A stretch of 36,524 nt of DNA, taken from Parcubacteria group bacterium. GTDB taxonomy: Bacteria > Patescibacteriota > Minisyncoccia > Phycocordibacterales > Phycocordibacteraceae. Under the pieces are notes generated by a model. The model was not told the origin of the DNA. It made no database searches and was given only the letters and a program-made list of their open reading frames with translations. Numbering within the stretch: the first letter of the stretch is position 1; each line of letters opens with the position of its first letter. Positions 1 to 8,241 of this stretch are shown here, in pieces. Position numbers and translations under genes: made by a program. The stretch covers positions 1 to 36,524 of the forward strand of contig JAQBRK010000002.1 in assembly GCA_028286505.1 (NCBI GenBank), read 5' to 3'.

Positions 1-26
1 GCAAACCTGCCGTATAGTGAGTAAAC

Positions 27-1310
27 ATGCTGGATATCCACTTCATCCGCGAGAACGCCGACCTCGTGAAGGCGGGCGCGGCCAAGAAACTCATTACGGT
101 CGATATCGACCGGCTTTTGGCGCTTGATGACGAGCGTAAGACACTCCGCGAGCAGATGGACCAGAAGAAGAATGAGCAGAATCGCGCGGGACAAACCATC
201 GCGCTTGCGCACGGAGAAGAGAAGGAACGTCTTCTCGAATCGATGCGTCACGTGAAGGAAAGCTTCGGCGTGCTCGAGGAGAAATACAAGACGGTGATGG
301 GGCAATGGCAGGAGCTCATGCTCACGGTCCCGAACATTCCGGATATGTCGGTTCCGGAAGGCGAGAGCGACGCGGATAATAAAGAAGTGAAAACGTGGGG
401 CGAACCTACCAAGTTCGACTTCGCCCCGAAGGACCATGTCGAACTTATGACGAAGCTCGGGATCGCCGACTTCGAACGCGGCACGAAGGTTGCGGGCTTC
501 CGCGGCTACTTCCTCAAGGGTGACGGCGTGCTGCTCGCGAACGCTATCTCGCAGCTCGCCCTCAAGCATTTCGCATCGAAGGGTCACGAGCTTCTTATTG
601 CACCGTCTTTGGTGCGTCGCGAGACGTTCATGGGAACAGGGTATCTTCCGCAAGGCGAAGAAGATCTCTACAAAACGCAGGACGGCGAGTATCTCGCCGG
701 TACCGCGGAGGTGGCAACCATGGGGTACTACATGGACGAGACCCTTGAATTGAATCAGCTTCCGATAAAACTGCTCGCGTACTCGCAGTGTTTCCGTCGC
801 GAGGCAGGCGCGCACGGGAAAGATGTGCGCGGGCTCATCCGCGTGCACGAGTTCTTCAAGTGGGAGCAGGTCGTGCTGTGCGAGGCGTCGCACGCGGCTT
901 CCGTCGAGATGCATGAAGCCATCAATCGGAACACGGAAGAATTCATGGAGCTGCTCGGCATTCCGTACCATACCGTCGTGAACTGCGGCGGCGACCTCGG
1001 GCTCGGTCAGGTGAAGAAATACGATATCGAACTATGGGTACCGGCCGAAAAAACCTATCGCGAGATAAGTTCCGCGTCGTACTTCCATGATTTCCAGACC
1101 CGCCGCTTGAACATCCGTTACCGCGACGCCGAAGGTAAGATGCAGTTCGCGCATTCTCTTAATTCGACTGCGGTCCCGTTCCCGCGTATTCTCGTTTCCA
1201 TCATCGAGAACTATCAGCAGGCCGATGGAAGCATTCGCGTACCGGAAGCACTCGTGCCGTTCGTGGGGAAGGTGGCGATAGGAAACGATGCCGAAGTCCT
1301 GGGACATTAA
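27..1310 (+). CDS. serS: Seryl-tRNA synthetase
   Basis: 427-aa ORF with a coiled-coil N-terminal arm. Class II motifs 'CFRREAGAHGKDVRGLIRVHEF' and 'HSLNSTAVPFPRILVSIIENYQ'. TATAGT at 13-18 lies 8 nt before the ATG. Confidence 0.95.
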   Translation: MLDIHFIRENADLVKAGAAKKLITVDIDRLLALDDERKTLREQMDQKKNEQNRAGQTIALAHGEEKERLLESMRHVKESFGVLEEKYKTVMGQWQELMLTVPNIPDMSVPEGESDADNKEVKTWGEPTKFDFAPKDHVELMTKLGIADFERGTKVAGFRGYFLKGDGVLLANAISQLALKHFASKGHELLIAPSLVRRETFMGTGYLPQGEEDLYKTQDGEYLAGTAEVATMGYYMDETLELNQLPIKLLAYSQCFRREAGAHGKDVRGLIRVHEFFKWEQVVLCEASHAASVEMHEAINRNTEEFMELLGIPYHTVVNCGGDLGLGQVKKYDIELWVPAEKTYREISSASYFHDFQTRRLNIRYRDAEGKMQFAHSLNSTAVPFPRILVSIIENYQQADGSIRVPEALVPFVGKVAIGNDAEVLGH

Positions 1311-2280
1311 CCCGGCGGGAGCACCTGCCCGCCGCAGCGCTCCGTCCCGACCGCAACCCGTTGCCGCTCCGCGCTCCGTAGCACGCCAGGTACCGACCCG
1401 TCGCGAATCGGTGCGTGCGTCTGCACCTCCTTCCCGCACGCCGCTCAAGAAGCAGCGTCAGTTGAAACGCCGTCGCGTATTCGTCATATTTCTCCTACTC
1501 GCTCTCGCGATTTTCGTACTTGTTGAAGTTATTTTATGGCAGTCGTTCCTGCGCGTGCAATCGGTAAAGACCGAGGGACCTAATGCGAACGAACTCAGTG
1601 CCTTCGTGCTCCAGGACCTATCGGGCACGCGGTATATGCTCGTACCGAAGAATTCCATATTCTTTCTGCCTGAAGCGACGCTGCGCGCTCACATTCTCGC
1701 TAAATTCCCGAACGTCGAAGCCGTATCAATTTCTCCGGAAGGCTTGACCACGCTTGCGGTCACCACGACCGAGCGTTCGGCCGTGTTCTGGTGGTGCGGT
1801 GCTTCGAAGGACGCTCCCGAACTCAGCTGCTATGAGACGGATTCCCAGGGGCTCATCTTCTCCGAAGTGCCGCTTGATGTGGGCGTTGCATCGACCTCGA
1901 TGCTCAAGTTCTATGCACCGCTTACAACGCCGCTTGCGCCCGGCATTTCTCCGCGCGGTTCGATACTCAAGAACCCGACCTACCTCACCGGCGTACTCCA
2001 ATTCGTGAAAGCGATGAAGGCGCTGAATGCGAACGTAACCGTCGTTGACCTCCGAGCTGACGAAGTGGACCTCTATACTCCCGCCGGCACGCGCATTACG
2101 TATGTAGCCGGTCGCGAGCAGCAGGCGGTTACGCTTGCCGCAAGCGCCTTCCCGTCTCTGTCGCTTAACAACGGTTCGCTCCAGTACGTGGACCTTCGTT
2201 TCGAGGGTAAGGTTTTCTTTAAGAAAAAAGAAGACGCAGCCGCAACATCGACCGCGAAACCCGTTCAACCAGCTCAGTAA
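1288..2280 (+). CDS. FtsQ/DivIB-like cell-division protein (Arg/Pro-rich N-terminus, one TM, POTRA-like region)
   Basis: 330-aa ORF with a single TM 'VFVIFLLLALAIFVLVEVILW' followed by a POTRA-like segment ('VQSVKTEGPNANELSAFVLQDLSG'). It overlaps the serS stop by 23 nt and sits in a housekeeping context. Confidence 0.5.
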   Translation: MPKSWDINPAGAPARRSAPSRPQPVAAPRSVARQVPTRRESVRASAPPSRTPLKKQRQLKRRRVFVIFLLLALAIFVLVEVILWQSFLRVQSVKTEGPNANELSAFVLQDLSGTRYMLVPKNSIFFLPEATLRAHILAKFPNVEAVSISPEGLTTLAVTTTERSAVFWWCGASKDAPELSCYETDSQGLIFSEVPLDVGVASTSMLKFYAPLTTPLAPGISPRGSILKNPTYLTGVLQFVKAMKALNANVTVVDLRADEVDLYTPAGTRITYVAGREQQAVTLAASAFPSLSLNNGSLQYVDLRFEGKVFFKKKEDAAATSTAKPVQPAQ

Positions 2281-2288
2281 ACGTTGTC

Positions 2289-3248
2289 ATGAATAGTTTT
2301 TGGAATGAGTTGAAGAAACCGATTATGGTGCTTGCGCCGATGGCGGACGTTACTGATCCTGCCTATCGCAAACTTATAGCGCAAACGGGAAGGCCCGACG
2401 TCACCTGGACGGAATTCGTTTCGGCCGACGGCCTCTATGCTACGCGCGAACGTAAGCTGATGAAAGACGAAGAGAATCCGCTTGTACGCGATTTTTTATA
2501 TACGGAGGGCGAGCGGCCTATTGTCGCGCAGATATTCGGCAGCAATCCCGAAACCATCGCGTACGCATCGAAGCTTGCTGCCGAGCTCGGCTTTGACGGC
2601 GTTGATATCAATATGGGCTGTCCCGATAAGACCATCGAGAAACAGGGAGCTGGTGCGGGCATGATGAAGCATCCGGAAGACGCGTCTGCCATCATTCGAG
2701 CAGCGAAAGAATCCGGTCTGCCGGTCTCGGTGAAAACGCGTATCGGCTACAGCAAGAACGAGATGGATACGTGGCTGCCCATTCTCCTCAAGGAAGACTT
2801 GGCGGCGCTTACGGTGCACTTGCGCACCCGCAAGGAGATGTCCTCGGTCCCCGCGCACTGGGAGCTCGCGCCTCGCATCGTGGAGCTTCGGAACGAGCAT
2901 GCGCCTGATACGCTCGTGCTCGGTAACGGTGACGTAAAGGATCTTATCGATGCGCGTACGAAGGCGAGCGAATCCGGTCTCGACGGCATCATGCTCGGGC
3001 GCGCCATCTTCGGTAATCCGTGGCTCTTTACCGGTCGTGACATCACTGAAGTTACGCAGGAGGAAAAACTCGGCGCGCTTCTGGCACTTGCGCGCAATTT
3101 CGACGAGATGCGCCCGAAGAAATCTTTTCATATTTTGAAGAAGCATTTCAAAGCGTTCGTTGCCGGTTGGCCGGGCGCAGCGGAGCTGCGAGGCACGCTT
3201 ATGGAAACAAACTCCCTCGACGAACTCGTAGCGGTGCTGGGTAAATGA
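2289..3248 (+). CDS. dus: tRNA-dihydrouridine synthase
   Basis: Dus family motifs 'LAPMADVTD', 'DGVDINMGCP', 'VSVKTRIG' and 'LTVHLRTR'. Confidence 0.9.
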   Translation: MNSFWNELKKPIMVLAPMADVTDPAYRKLIAQTGRPDVTWTEFVSADGLYATRERKLMKDEENPLVRDFLYTEGERPIVAQIFGSNPETIAYASKLAAELGFDGVDINMGCPDKTIEKQGAGAGMMKHPEDASAIIRAAKESGLPVSVKTRIGYSKNEMDTWLPILLKEDLAALTVHLRTRKEMSSVPAHWELAPRIVELRNEHAPDTLVLGNGDVKDLIDARTKASESGLDGIMLGRAIFGNPWLFTGRDITEVTQEEKLGALLALARNFDEMRPKKSFHILKKHFKAFVAGWPGAAELRGTLMETNSLDELVAVLGK

Positions 3249-3262
3249 CTCTATATACGTAA

Positions 3263-3287
3263 ACTCCTCGGCATGAAGCCGAGGAGT
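3263..3287. terminator. Hairpin between convergent dus and the 3307-4023 gene
   Basis: ACTCCTCGGC-ATGAA-GCCGAGGAGT, a 10-bp perfect stem. A T-run (TTTAC) follows on the minus strand. Confidence 0.6.
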
Positions 3288-3306
3288 CAATGTGTTAAGA
3301 CGATAT

Positions 3307-4023
3307 TTATGTCCACTCAGTGGGAAAACCCAGCCGTTCGTGTGGGTGGAAACATTTTATACCTGGTCGATGGTCAAGAGGTCGCACATCCGGTGCCCAT
3401 ATGTCGGGGGATATTTCAGATAGTGCGAGAACCGAAACGCCACCGCTGCGATTGGCGACAAAGAAGCAAGTTCCTCGCTTTTCCAACACTTTGAAAACAG
3501 GAGCAGATTTCTTGTCACTCTCGACGAGGTACTCAATCTGTCCCAGACTCGTTACCAATTTCCGGGCCATGAGCCAATGGGAAAGATTCTCGCAGTCCGT
3601 ATCCAGGGGCACATCGAGGAGGCAGGCAGCCATCTCCGACAAAGTCAGGGATTTAATAGGCTGGGACAGCGATAACCTCGTTTCCTGTGTGTCCTGCTGT
3701 TTTTTCGCGAGCTGAGGATAGACATGGGTCTGTATGGCGTTCTCATCGCCCCTCCATGCGTACCCTTCCTTAAAATAGTGGTTTGTTCGTTTTCCAAGAA
3801 GTGCAGGGACCCGAATGGTGTCGCCCGGTTTCAGCATCTTTCTTCGCGAATCACAATTTACCCGTAAGAACTCAATAAGTCTGCGGCGCGCCCCGGTATC
3901 GCTTACCGGAAGATGCAAGTCTTGAGAACTTACGCCACCGTCAGCTAGCAGACGGATTAGCTTCGCTATGGAATCAAGGGAGTTGCTTGCGGTTTCGAGG
4001 GTAGCGATGTCAGCTTGAGTCAT
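3307..4023 (-). CDS. Hypothetical protein (238 aa, no recognisable domain)
   Basis: Long ORF with a strong SD: AAAGGAGG lies 6 nt before the ATG at 4023. It has its own canonical promoter and a downstream hairpin. Confidence 0.6.
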   Translation of the reverse strand: MTQADIATLETASNSLDSIAKLIRLLADGGVSSQDLHLPVSDTGARRRLIEFLRVNCDSRRKMLKPGDTIRVPALLGKRTNHYFKEGYAWRGDENAIQTHVYPQLAKKQQDTQETRLSLSQPIKSLTLSEMAACLLDVPLDTDCENLSHWLMARKLVTSLGQIEYLVESDKKSAPVFKVLEKRGTCFFVANRSGGVSVLALSEISPDIWAPDVRPLDHRPGIKCFHPHERLGFPTEWT

Positions 4024-4059
4024 CGGATGCCTCCTTTCTTAGGTTAAAGAGCTGGAACA

Positions 4060-4076
4060 TATCGGACTGTCCGATA
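4060..4076. promoter_or_regulatory. 17-bp perfect palindrome (operator-like) in the leader of the 3307-4023 gene
   Basis: TATCGGAC-T-GTCCGATA, 8+1+8 nt, located between the predicted promoter and the SD. Confidence 0.55.
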
Positions 4077-4091
4077 CCATCAGCCGGGCGC

Positions 4092-4119
4092 AGTATACGT
4101 CTTGAAAATCATAAGTCAA
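4092..4119 (-). promoter_or_regulatory. Canonical sigma70-type promoter for the 3307-4023 gene
   Basis: The minus strand reads TTGACT (4119-4114), a 16-bp spacer, then TATACT (4097-4092). The leader to the ATG is about 68 nt. Confidence 0.6.
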
Positions 4120-4159
4120 AACTTTTATGACCTAGTTGCACGCGGTATACTTACGAAAT

Positions 4160-5188
4160 ATGGCCCATCAGTCCCTCTATCGTGCATATCGTCCGAAGTC
4201 CTTCGATGAAGTGGTCGGCCAGGACCAAGTTACGGGGCCGCTTTCGGAGCAGATAAAGTCCGAGAAGGTCGGGCATGCCTATCTCTTTGCGGGCTCTCGC
4301 GGTCTCGGAAAGACGTCCATCGCGCGTATCTTCGCGCGGGAGCTCGGTACGACCGAGAAGGACTTGTATGAAATAGATGCGGCCTCGAACACGGGCGTCG
4401 ATAACATACGCCAGCTCACGGAAAACGTATATACGCTTCCGTTCGAATCGAAGTATAAAGTCTACATTCTTGATGAGGCGCACATGCTCTCTAAAGGTGC
4501 TTGGAATGCTTTTCTCAAAACGCTTGAAGAGCCGCCGGCGCACGTCATATTCATACTCGCCACCACAGAGCTTGAGAAAGTTCCTGACACGGTACGCTCG
4601 CGCACCCAAGTATTCGAATTCAAGAAGCCGACGCGTGCCGGACTCGCAAAGCACATTGCGAATATCGCGAAGAAAGAAAAGTATGCGATCGAGCCGGGCG
4701 CGGTCGAACTTATCGCGCTTCTTTCGGAAGGTTCCTATCGCGACGCGCTCTCTATACTCGAGAAAGTTTTCTCGGTCTCATCTGACACCAAGATTTCGCT
4801 TGAAGAAACCGAGAAAGCAACGGGCGCGCCGAAGCGCTCTCTGGTGCTCGCGCTCGTTACCGCCCAAGGGTCAGGTGATAGAGAGAAGGCACTGGTGGCG
4901 GTGCGGGGAGCCGGAAGCGCTGATGTCGATATGCAGCTGTATCTCACGCTTGTGCTCGAAGCGCTTCGGAACGTTCTTCTTATCCGTCATGCGCCGGAAC
5001 TGCGTAAGGAACTTGCAGAAGAGCTGGGTACAGATGAGTACGCGGAGCTTGAGAAACTTGCACGAGACACCGCTTCAAAAATTTCTCACCGCACCTTGAA
5101 GACCTATCTCGATGCGGCGAGCCGCATGCGCTTCTCACCGGTTCCGGCGCTCGCGCTTGAACTTGCGGTGCTCGAATCCGGCGAATGA
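4160..5188 (+). CDS. dnaX: DNA polymerase III subunit gamma/tau (short form)
   Basis: 'YRPKSFDEVVGQ', Walker A 'GSRGLGKTS', 'YILDEAHML', 'LKTLEEPP' and 'SRTQVFEF'. The ATG at 4160 is preferred over the TTG at 4136 because TATACT at 4146-4151 lies 8 nt upstream. Confidence 0.9.
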   Translation: MAHQSLYRAYRPKSFDEVVGQDQVTGPLSEQIKSEKVGHAYLFAGSRGLGKTSIARIFARELGTTEKDLYEIDAASNTGVDNIRQLTENVYTLPFESKYKVYILDEAHMLSKGAWNAFLKTLEEPPAHVIFILATTELEKVPDTVRSRTQVFEFKKPTRAGLAKHIANIAKKEKYAIEPGAVELIALLSEGSYRDALSILEKVFSVSSDTKISLEETEKATGAPKRSLVLALVTAQGSGDREKALVAVRGAGSADVDMQLYLTLVLEALRNVLLIRHAPELRKELAEELGTDEYAELEKLARDTASKISHRTLKTYLDAASRMRFSPVPALALELAVLESGE

Positions 5189-6102
5189 ATCGATACGTCC
5201 CTTATTTTTACGCTCTCGTCGCATTCGTTGTTGCGCTTACCGCAGGCGTCTATTTTTATGAGCGACCGCTTGATATTTCGAACTTTTCGTTCGTTCCGCA
5301 CTGCGCTAAGCCCATTCCGTATACGATAGGAACCGTTGACCCGAAGTTCGCGATGACGAATGCGCAAATCATCGCAAAGCTTGATGATGCCTCACGGCTT
5401 TGGAACGATGCGGCCGGGAAGCCAGTGTTTGCCTATGACCCCACGAACAATCACGCGATTCCCGTTAATTTCGTCTACGACACTCGTCAGCAGGCGATAG
5501 AACTCGGAACTAAAATAGACACCACCGAAGCGTCGCAAAGCACCGCGCGCACCGAATTGAATGCTCTTGTCACTGCATACCGCGCCGCAGAAAACGCCTA
5601 TGCCAAAGCCGTTGCATCGCTTAATACCGCGAGCCTCGCGTATTCCGAAGAAGTAAGGCGCGTGAACGCAGCCGGAGGTGCCGATAAAGAAACGTATGCC
5701 CGCCTGCACACCGAACAAGCCCGGTTAAATCAACAGCAAGATGAACTGAAGCAACAGGGAGTTGTTCTGGATGCACAGTCAGCGGCTCTCAAAACGAAAA
5801 CCGCAGCGTTCAATGCGAGCGTCAACAGCATTAATAAAGTAGTGAACCAGTTCAATGCCGCGGTCGGAGGTGATTTCGAAGAAGGGGAGTATGTGCGCGA
5901 TGCGGCGGGGAATCAACGTATCGATATCTATGCATATAAAACTCAGAACGAACTCATTCACTCGCTCGCGCATGAGCTCGGTCATGTACTCGGTCTCGCG
6001 CATAACGACAATCCAAAATCCATCATGTTTCCGTATAACAAAAGCGGCGTGACACTGTCGGACGACGACGTGACCGCGCTCAAAACGCTCTGCAGACTCT
6101 AG
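5185..6102 (+). CDS. Membrane-anchored matrixin-like (M10) zinc metalloprotease
   Basis: 'HELGHVLGLAHNDNPKSIMFP' gives HExxHxxGxxH plus a Met-turn. N-terminal TM 'YFYALVAFVVALTAGVYF'. The ATGA overlap with the dnaX stop suggests translational coupling. Confidence 0.8.
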   Translation: MNRYVPYFYALVAFVVALTAGVYFYERPLDISNFSFVPHCAKPIPYTIGTVDPKFAMTNAQIIAKLDDASRLWNDAAGKPVFAYDPTNNHAIPVNFVYDTRQQAIELGTKIDTTEASQSTARTELNALVTAYRAAENAYAKAVASLNTASLAYSEEVRRVNAAGGADKETYARLHTEQARLNQQQDELKQQGVVLDAQSAALKTKTAAFNASVNSINKVVNQFNAAVGGDFEEGEYVRDAAGNQRIDIYAYKTQNELIHSLAHELGHVLGLAHNDNPKSIMFPYNKSGVTLSDDDVTALKTLCRL

Positions 6103-6154
6103 CCATTCACACGCTAAGGTAGGTTAGTGGTCAGGTAACCTATATACTACCTTA

Positions 6155-6871
6155 GTGGCAAACCCCCATAAGCAACAGGCGATAGCGTTTCGACGAGAAG
6201 GTAAAAGTTATCGCGAAATACGAGCACTTTTACCCGTCGCCAAGTCGACTTTGTCGGAATGGTTTAAATCGGTCGAACTGGCCGTGCCGCAGAAGCAACG
6301 AATGACCACCCTACGTCGCGAGGCCGCATTACGCGGAGCGCATGCACGAAGAGATACACGTCTCTTACAAATCCAGAAATTGAATGAGGATGGCAAAAGA
6401 GACATTGGAAAATTAACGGATCGTGAGCTTTGGCTTATTGGTACCGCGCTTCACTGGGCCGAAGGTTCGAAACAGAATATGCGGTCACCAAGCGCGGGGA
6501 TAATGTTTGGAAATTCCGATCACCGTATGCTTTCGGTATTTCTGGCATGGCTACACAGCCAAGGTATTGAAAGGAAAGATATATTTGTTGAGCTCTATAT
6601 CCATATCGAAAGAAGAAAAGATACTGAGAAGTTTAAAACGTGGTGGTCGGAGAAACTGGATATATCGATCGAAAATCTAGACAGAGTTTATTATAAGAAA
6701 GGAAATCCAAAGACAAATCGCGGCAATGTTACTGACTTGTACCATGGTCTATTACGGATTAAAGTGAGGTCAAGCACAACCCTTAACAGACAAGTGAATG
6801 GCTGGATAGAGGGTATTGTAGCTTCCTTGGGAGATCGTCTAATGGTCGGACAAACGCCTTTGAAGCGTTGA
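6155..6871 (+). CDS. HTH-domain protein with LAGLIDADG-like endonuclease motif (tentative)
   Basis: The N-terminal 'GKSYREIRALLPVAKSTLSEWFK' resembles a Hin/resolvase-type HTH. 'ELWLIGTALHWAEGSK' resembles a LAGLIDADG motif. The GTG start lies 6 nt after TATACT (6143-6148). The ORF has no stop until 44 nt inside the tRNA-Gln gene. Confidence 0.45.
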   Translation: MANPHKQQAIAFRREGKSYREIRALLPVAKSTLSEWFKSVELAVPQKQRMTTLRREAALRGAHARRDTRLLQIQKLNEDGKRDIGKLTDRELWLIGTALHWAEGSKQNMRSPSAGIMFGNSDHRMLSVFLAWLHSQGIERKDIFVELYIHIERRKDTEKFKTWWSEKLDISIENLDRVYYKKGNPKTNRGNVTDLYHGLLRIKVRSSTTLNRQVNGWIEGIVASLGDRLMVGQTPLKR

Positions 6872-6898
6872 ATCTAGGTTCGATCCCTAGTCTCCCAG
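6828..6898 (+). tRNA. tRNA-Gln (anticodon UUG)
   Basis: Hand-folded cloverleaf. Acceptor TGGGAGA/TCTCCCA, D stem GTCT/GGAC with a GG loop, anticodon stem AACGC/GCGTT with loop CT-TTG-AA, and T arm CTAGG-TTCGATC-CCTAG. U1-A72 and discriminator G match bacterial tRNA-Gln. No CCA is encoded. Confidence 0.9.
6884..6898 (+). repeat. Direct repeat copy 1 (3' end of tRNA-Gln)
   Basis: TCCCTAGTCTCCCAG is identical to 7038-7052. Confidence 0.85.
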
Positions 6899-7037
6899 CA
6901 AAAGGTGCGGCGCAGCTTTTGCTGTGGAGAAGCGAACGTGGGACGTTCGCGTCTAGAGATCGAAAATGTTGCGAGCATTTTGCGGTGCAAAATCAGCAAT
7001 GTGTACTGCTCCTGTAAGGAGAGATAGTGTAATCACG

Positions 7038-7052
7038 TCCCTAGTCTCCCAG
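7038..7052 (+). repeat. Direct repeat copy 2 (att-like duplicate of the tRNA-Gln 3' end)
   Basis: TCCCTAGTCTCCCAG is a 15/15 match to 6884-6898. No T-arm or 5' half lies upstream, so this is not a second tRNA. Confidence 0.85.
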
Positions 7053-7070
7053 TAAATAGCTCAAAGTGAA

Positions 7071-7090
7071 GGGTCGCCGTGAGGCGACCC
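7071..7090 (-). terminator. Terminator hairpin of the 7101-7454 gene
   Basis: GGGTCGCC-GTGA-GGCGACCC lies 10 nt beyond the stop, followed by a T-rich tract on the minus strand. Confidence 0.6.
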
Positions 7091-7100
7091 AGTGGTGTAC

Positions 7101-7454
7101 TTAGCTCCTCTCGGGAAGAGCACGTACATAATGTTCGATAAAGTCAGGGTTCGGAACCTGCTTGCTTGAGAAGTCGATGCCGCGCTGTCTCAGATGATCA
7201 ACCACCCAGCTTGTCATGTGAGTCACCCAGATCTTTCCGTCCTGAATGAATGCGAAATAGCGGGGTGCGGGTAAGCAGTCGAGCTGTACAAAGGCTATTG
7301 CTACAGCCTCGGAAAGCGGATTATGCTCGCGGATTTCGTATCCGCCAGAACCCATTGGTCCGAATGTGTTGTCCGCATCGAGGAGCAGTTTCTTGAGTGC
7401 GGTACGGTCTCTTGATGTCTCAATCAAGGTGCAGTTGCTAGAAAAGGAATTCAT
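7101..7454 (-). CDS. Hypothetical protein (117 aa)
   Basis: The internal ATG at 7454 is preceded by GGAG, in 'GACAGGAGACGTGTCATG'. The upstream part of the 190-aa ORF covers the conserved non-coding module, so it is rejected as coding. Confidence 0.6.
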   Translation of the reverse strand: MNSFSSNCTLIETSRDRTALKKLLLDADNTFGPMGSGGYEIREHNPLSEAVAIAFVQLDCLPAPRYFAFIQDGKIWVTHMTSWVVDHLRQRGIDFSSKQVPNPDFIEHYVRALPERS

Positions 7455-7465
7455 GACACGTCTCC

Positions 7466-7526
7466 TGTCTGGACAAAACCTAACACATGTTGCAAAAAGG
7501 TTCCAACATCGTCCCAGACGGCCAGC
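7466..7526 (-). repeat. Island intergenic module copy 1 (full core, short distal arm)
   Basis: The minus strand reads GATGTTGGAACCTTTTTGCAACATGTGTTAGGTTTTGTCC. TTGGAA is at 7506-7501, followed by an 18-bp spacer and TG-T-TAGGTT (hexamer 7482-7477). The distal arm is TTCCAACATCGTCCCAGACGGCCAGC. Confidence 0.8.
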
Positions 7527-7545
7527 AATATTGTAAACTTTAAGT

Positions 7546-8241
7546 ATGCGCGACTTACGAATTTTCAAGCGAGGTACATCTGAGCTTAAAAGAATTGTTC
7601 TTACATTCGATGACGGACCGAATCCATATGCCACTCCCGAAATTCTCGACATTCTTAGGCGAGAAAATTGCAAAGCCGCCTTCTTTCTTATAGGAGACAG
7701 GGCTGAAAGCTATCCGGAGATAGTTAAACGAATAGTCGATGAGGGGCACACCATTGGCGGGCACACGCAGAAACACGGAGGCTCAGACGGAAAAGAACCG
7801 TACCATGAGTTCCTTCTTGGTAATCGATCAATAGAGAAGATTAGCAGGAAGCCTGTTCACTACATTCGCGTGCCACAACTCATGTATAACGCGGTTGATA
7901 ACGGCATACCTCGAGTCAAAGAATTGTATGAACAACCTTTACGGGAAAAAAACCTACGGAACGAAATTATCGTAGCCGATTGCTCGATCATCACTCACGA
8001 TTGGTTCATCCGCATCCCTATATGGCTCATGCTTCTAAAAGTGAAAATACAGCTTCATAACGGAGCAATCATCAATATGCATGACGGAAGCGAGAACACA
8101 TCTGAATTAAAAACCCGTGCGGTTCGAACGGTGCGTATGCTACCGACCCTTATTCAACAGATTCGTGCTCGCGGGTTCGAGATAGTGGACATTTCAGAGC
8201 TGGAGCCAGTGTTTATAGTCAAGGAAATTCGTACCCTCTAG
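7546..8241 (+). CDS. Polysaccharide deacetylase (NodB/CE4 family)
   Basis: 'LTFDDGPNPYATPEILDIL' and 'HTIGGHTQKH' are NodB motifs. TAAACT at 7534-7539 lies 6 nt before the ATG. Confidence 0.85.
   Translation: MRDLRIFKRGTSELKRIVLTFDDGPNPYATPEILDILRRENCKAAFFLIGDRAESYPEIVKRIVDEGHTIGGHTQKHGGSDGKEPYHEFLLGNRSIEKISRKPVHYIRVPQLMYNAVDNGIPRVKELYEQPLREKNLRNEIIVADCSIITHDWFIRIPIWLMLLKVKIQLHNGAIINMHDGSENTSELKTRAVRTVRMLPTLIQQIRARGFEIVDISELEPVFIVKEIRTL

Noticed and set aside
2496-3290. 264-aa minus-strand ORF covering most of dus.
   Set aside because: It is antisense to a gene with clear Dus motifs. Its Arg/Leu/His-rich composition is typical of a shadow ORF, and it has no start signals.
4377-5099. 240-aa alternative-frame ORF inside dnaX, and the possibility of programmed frameshifting as in E. 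coli dnaX.
   Set aside because: The translation is Arg/Ser-rich junk. I saw no A-AAA-AAG-type slippery heptamer with a downstream stem in dnaX. The gene already encodes only a short gamma-like product.
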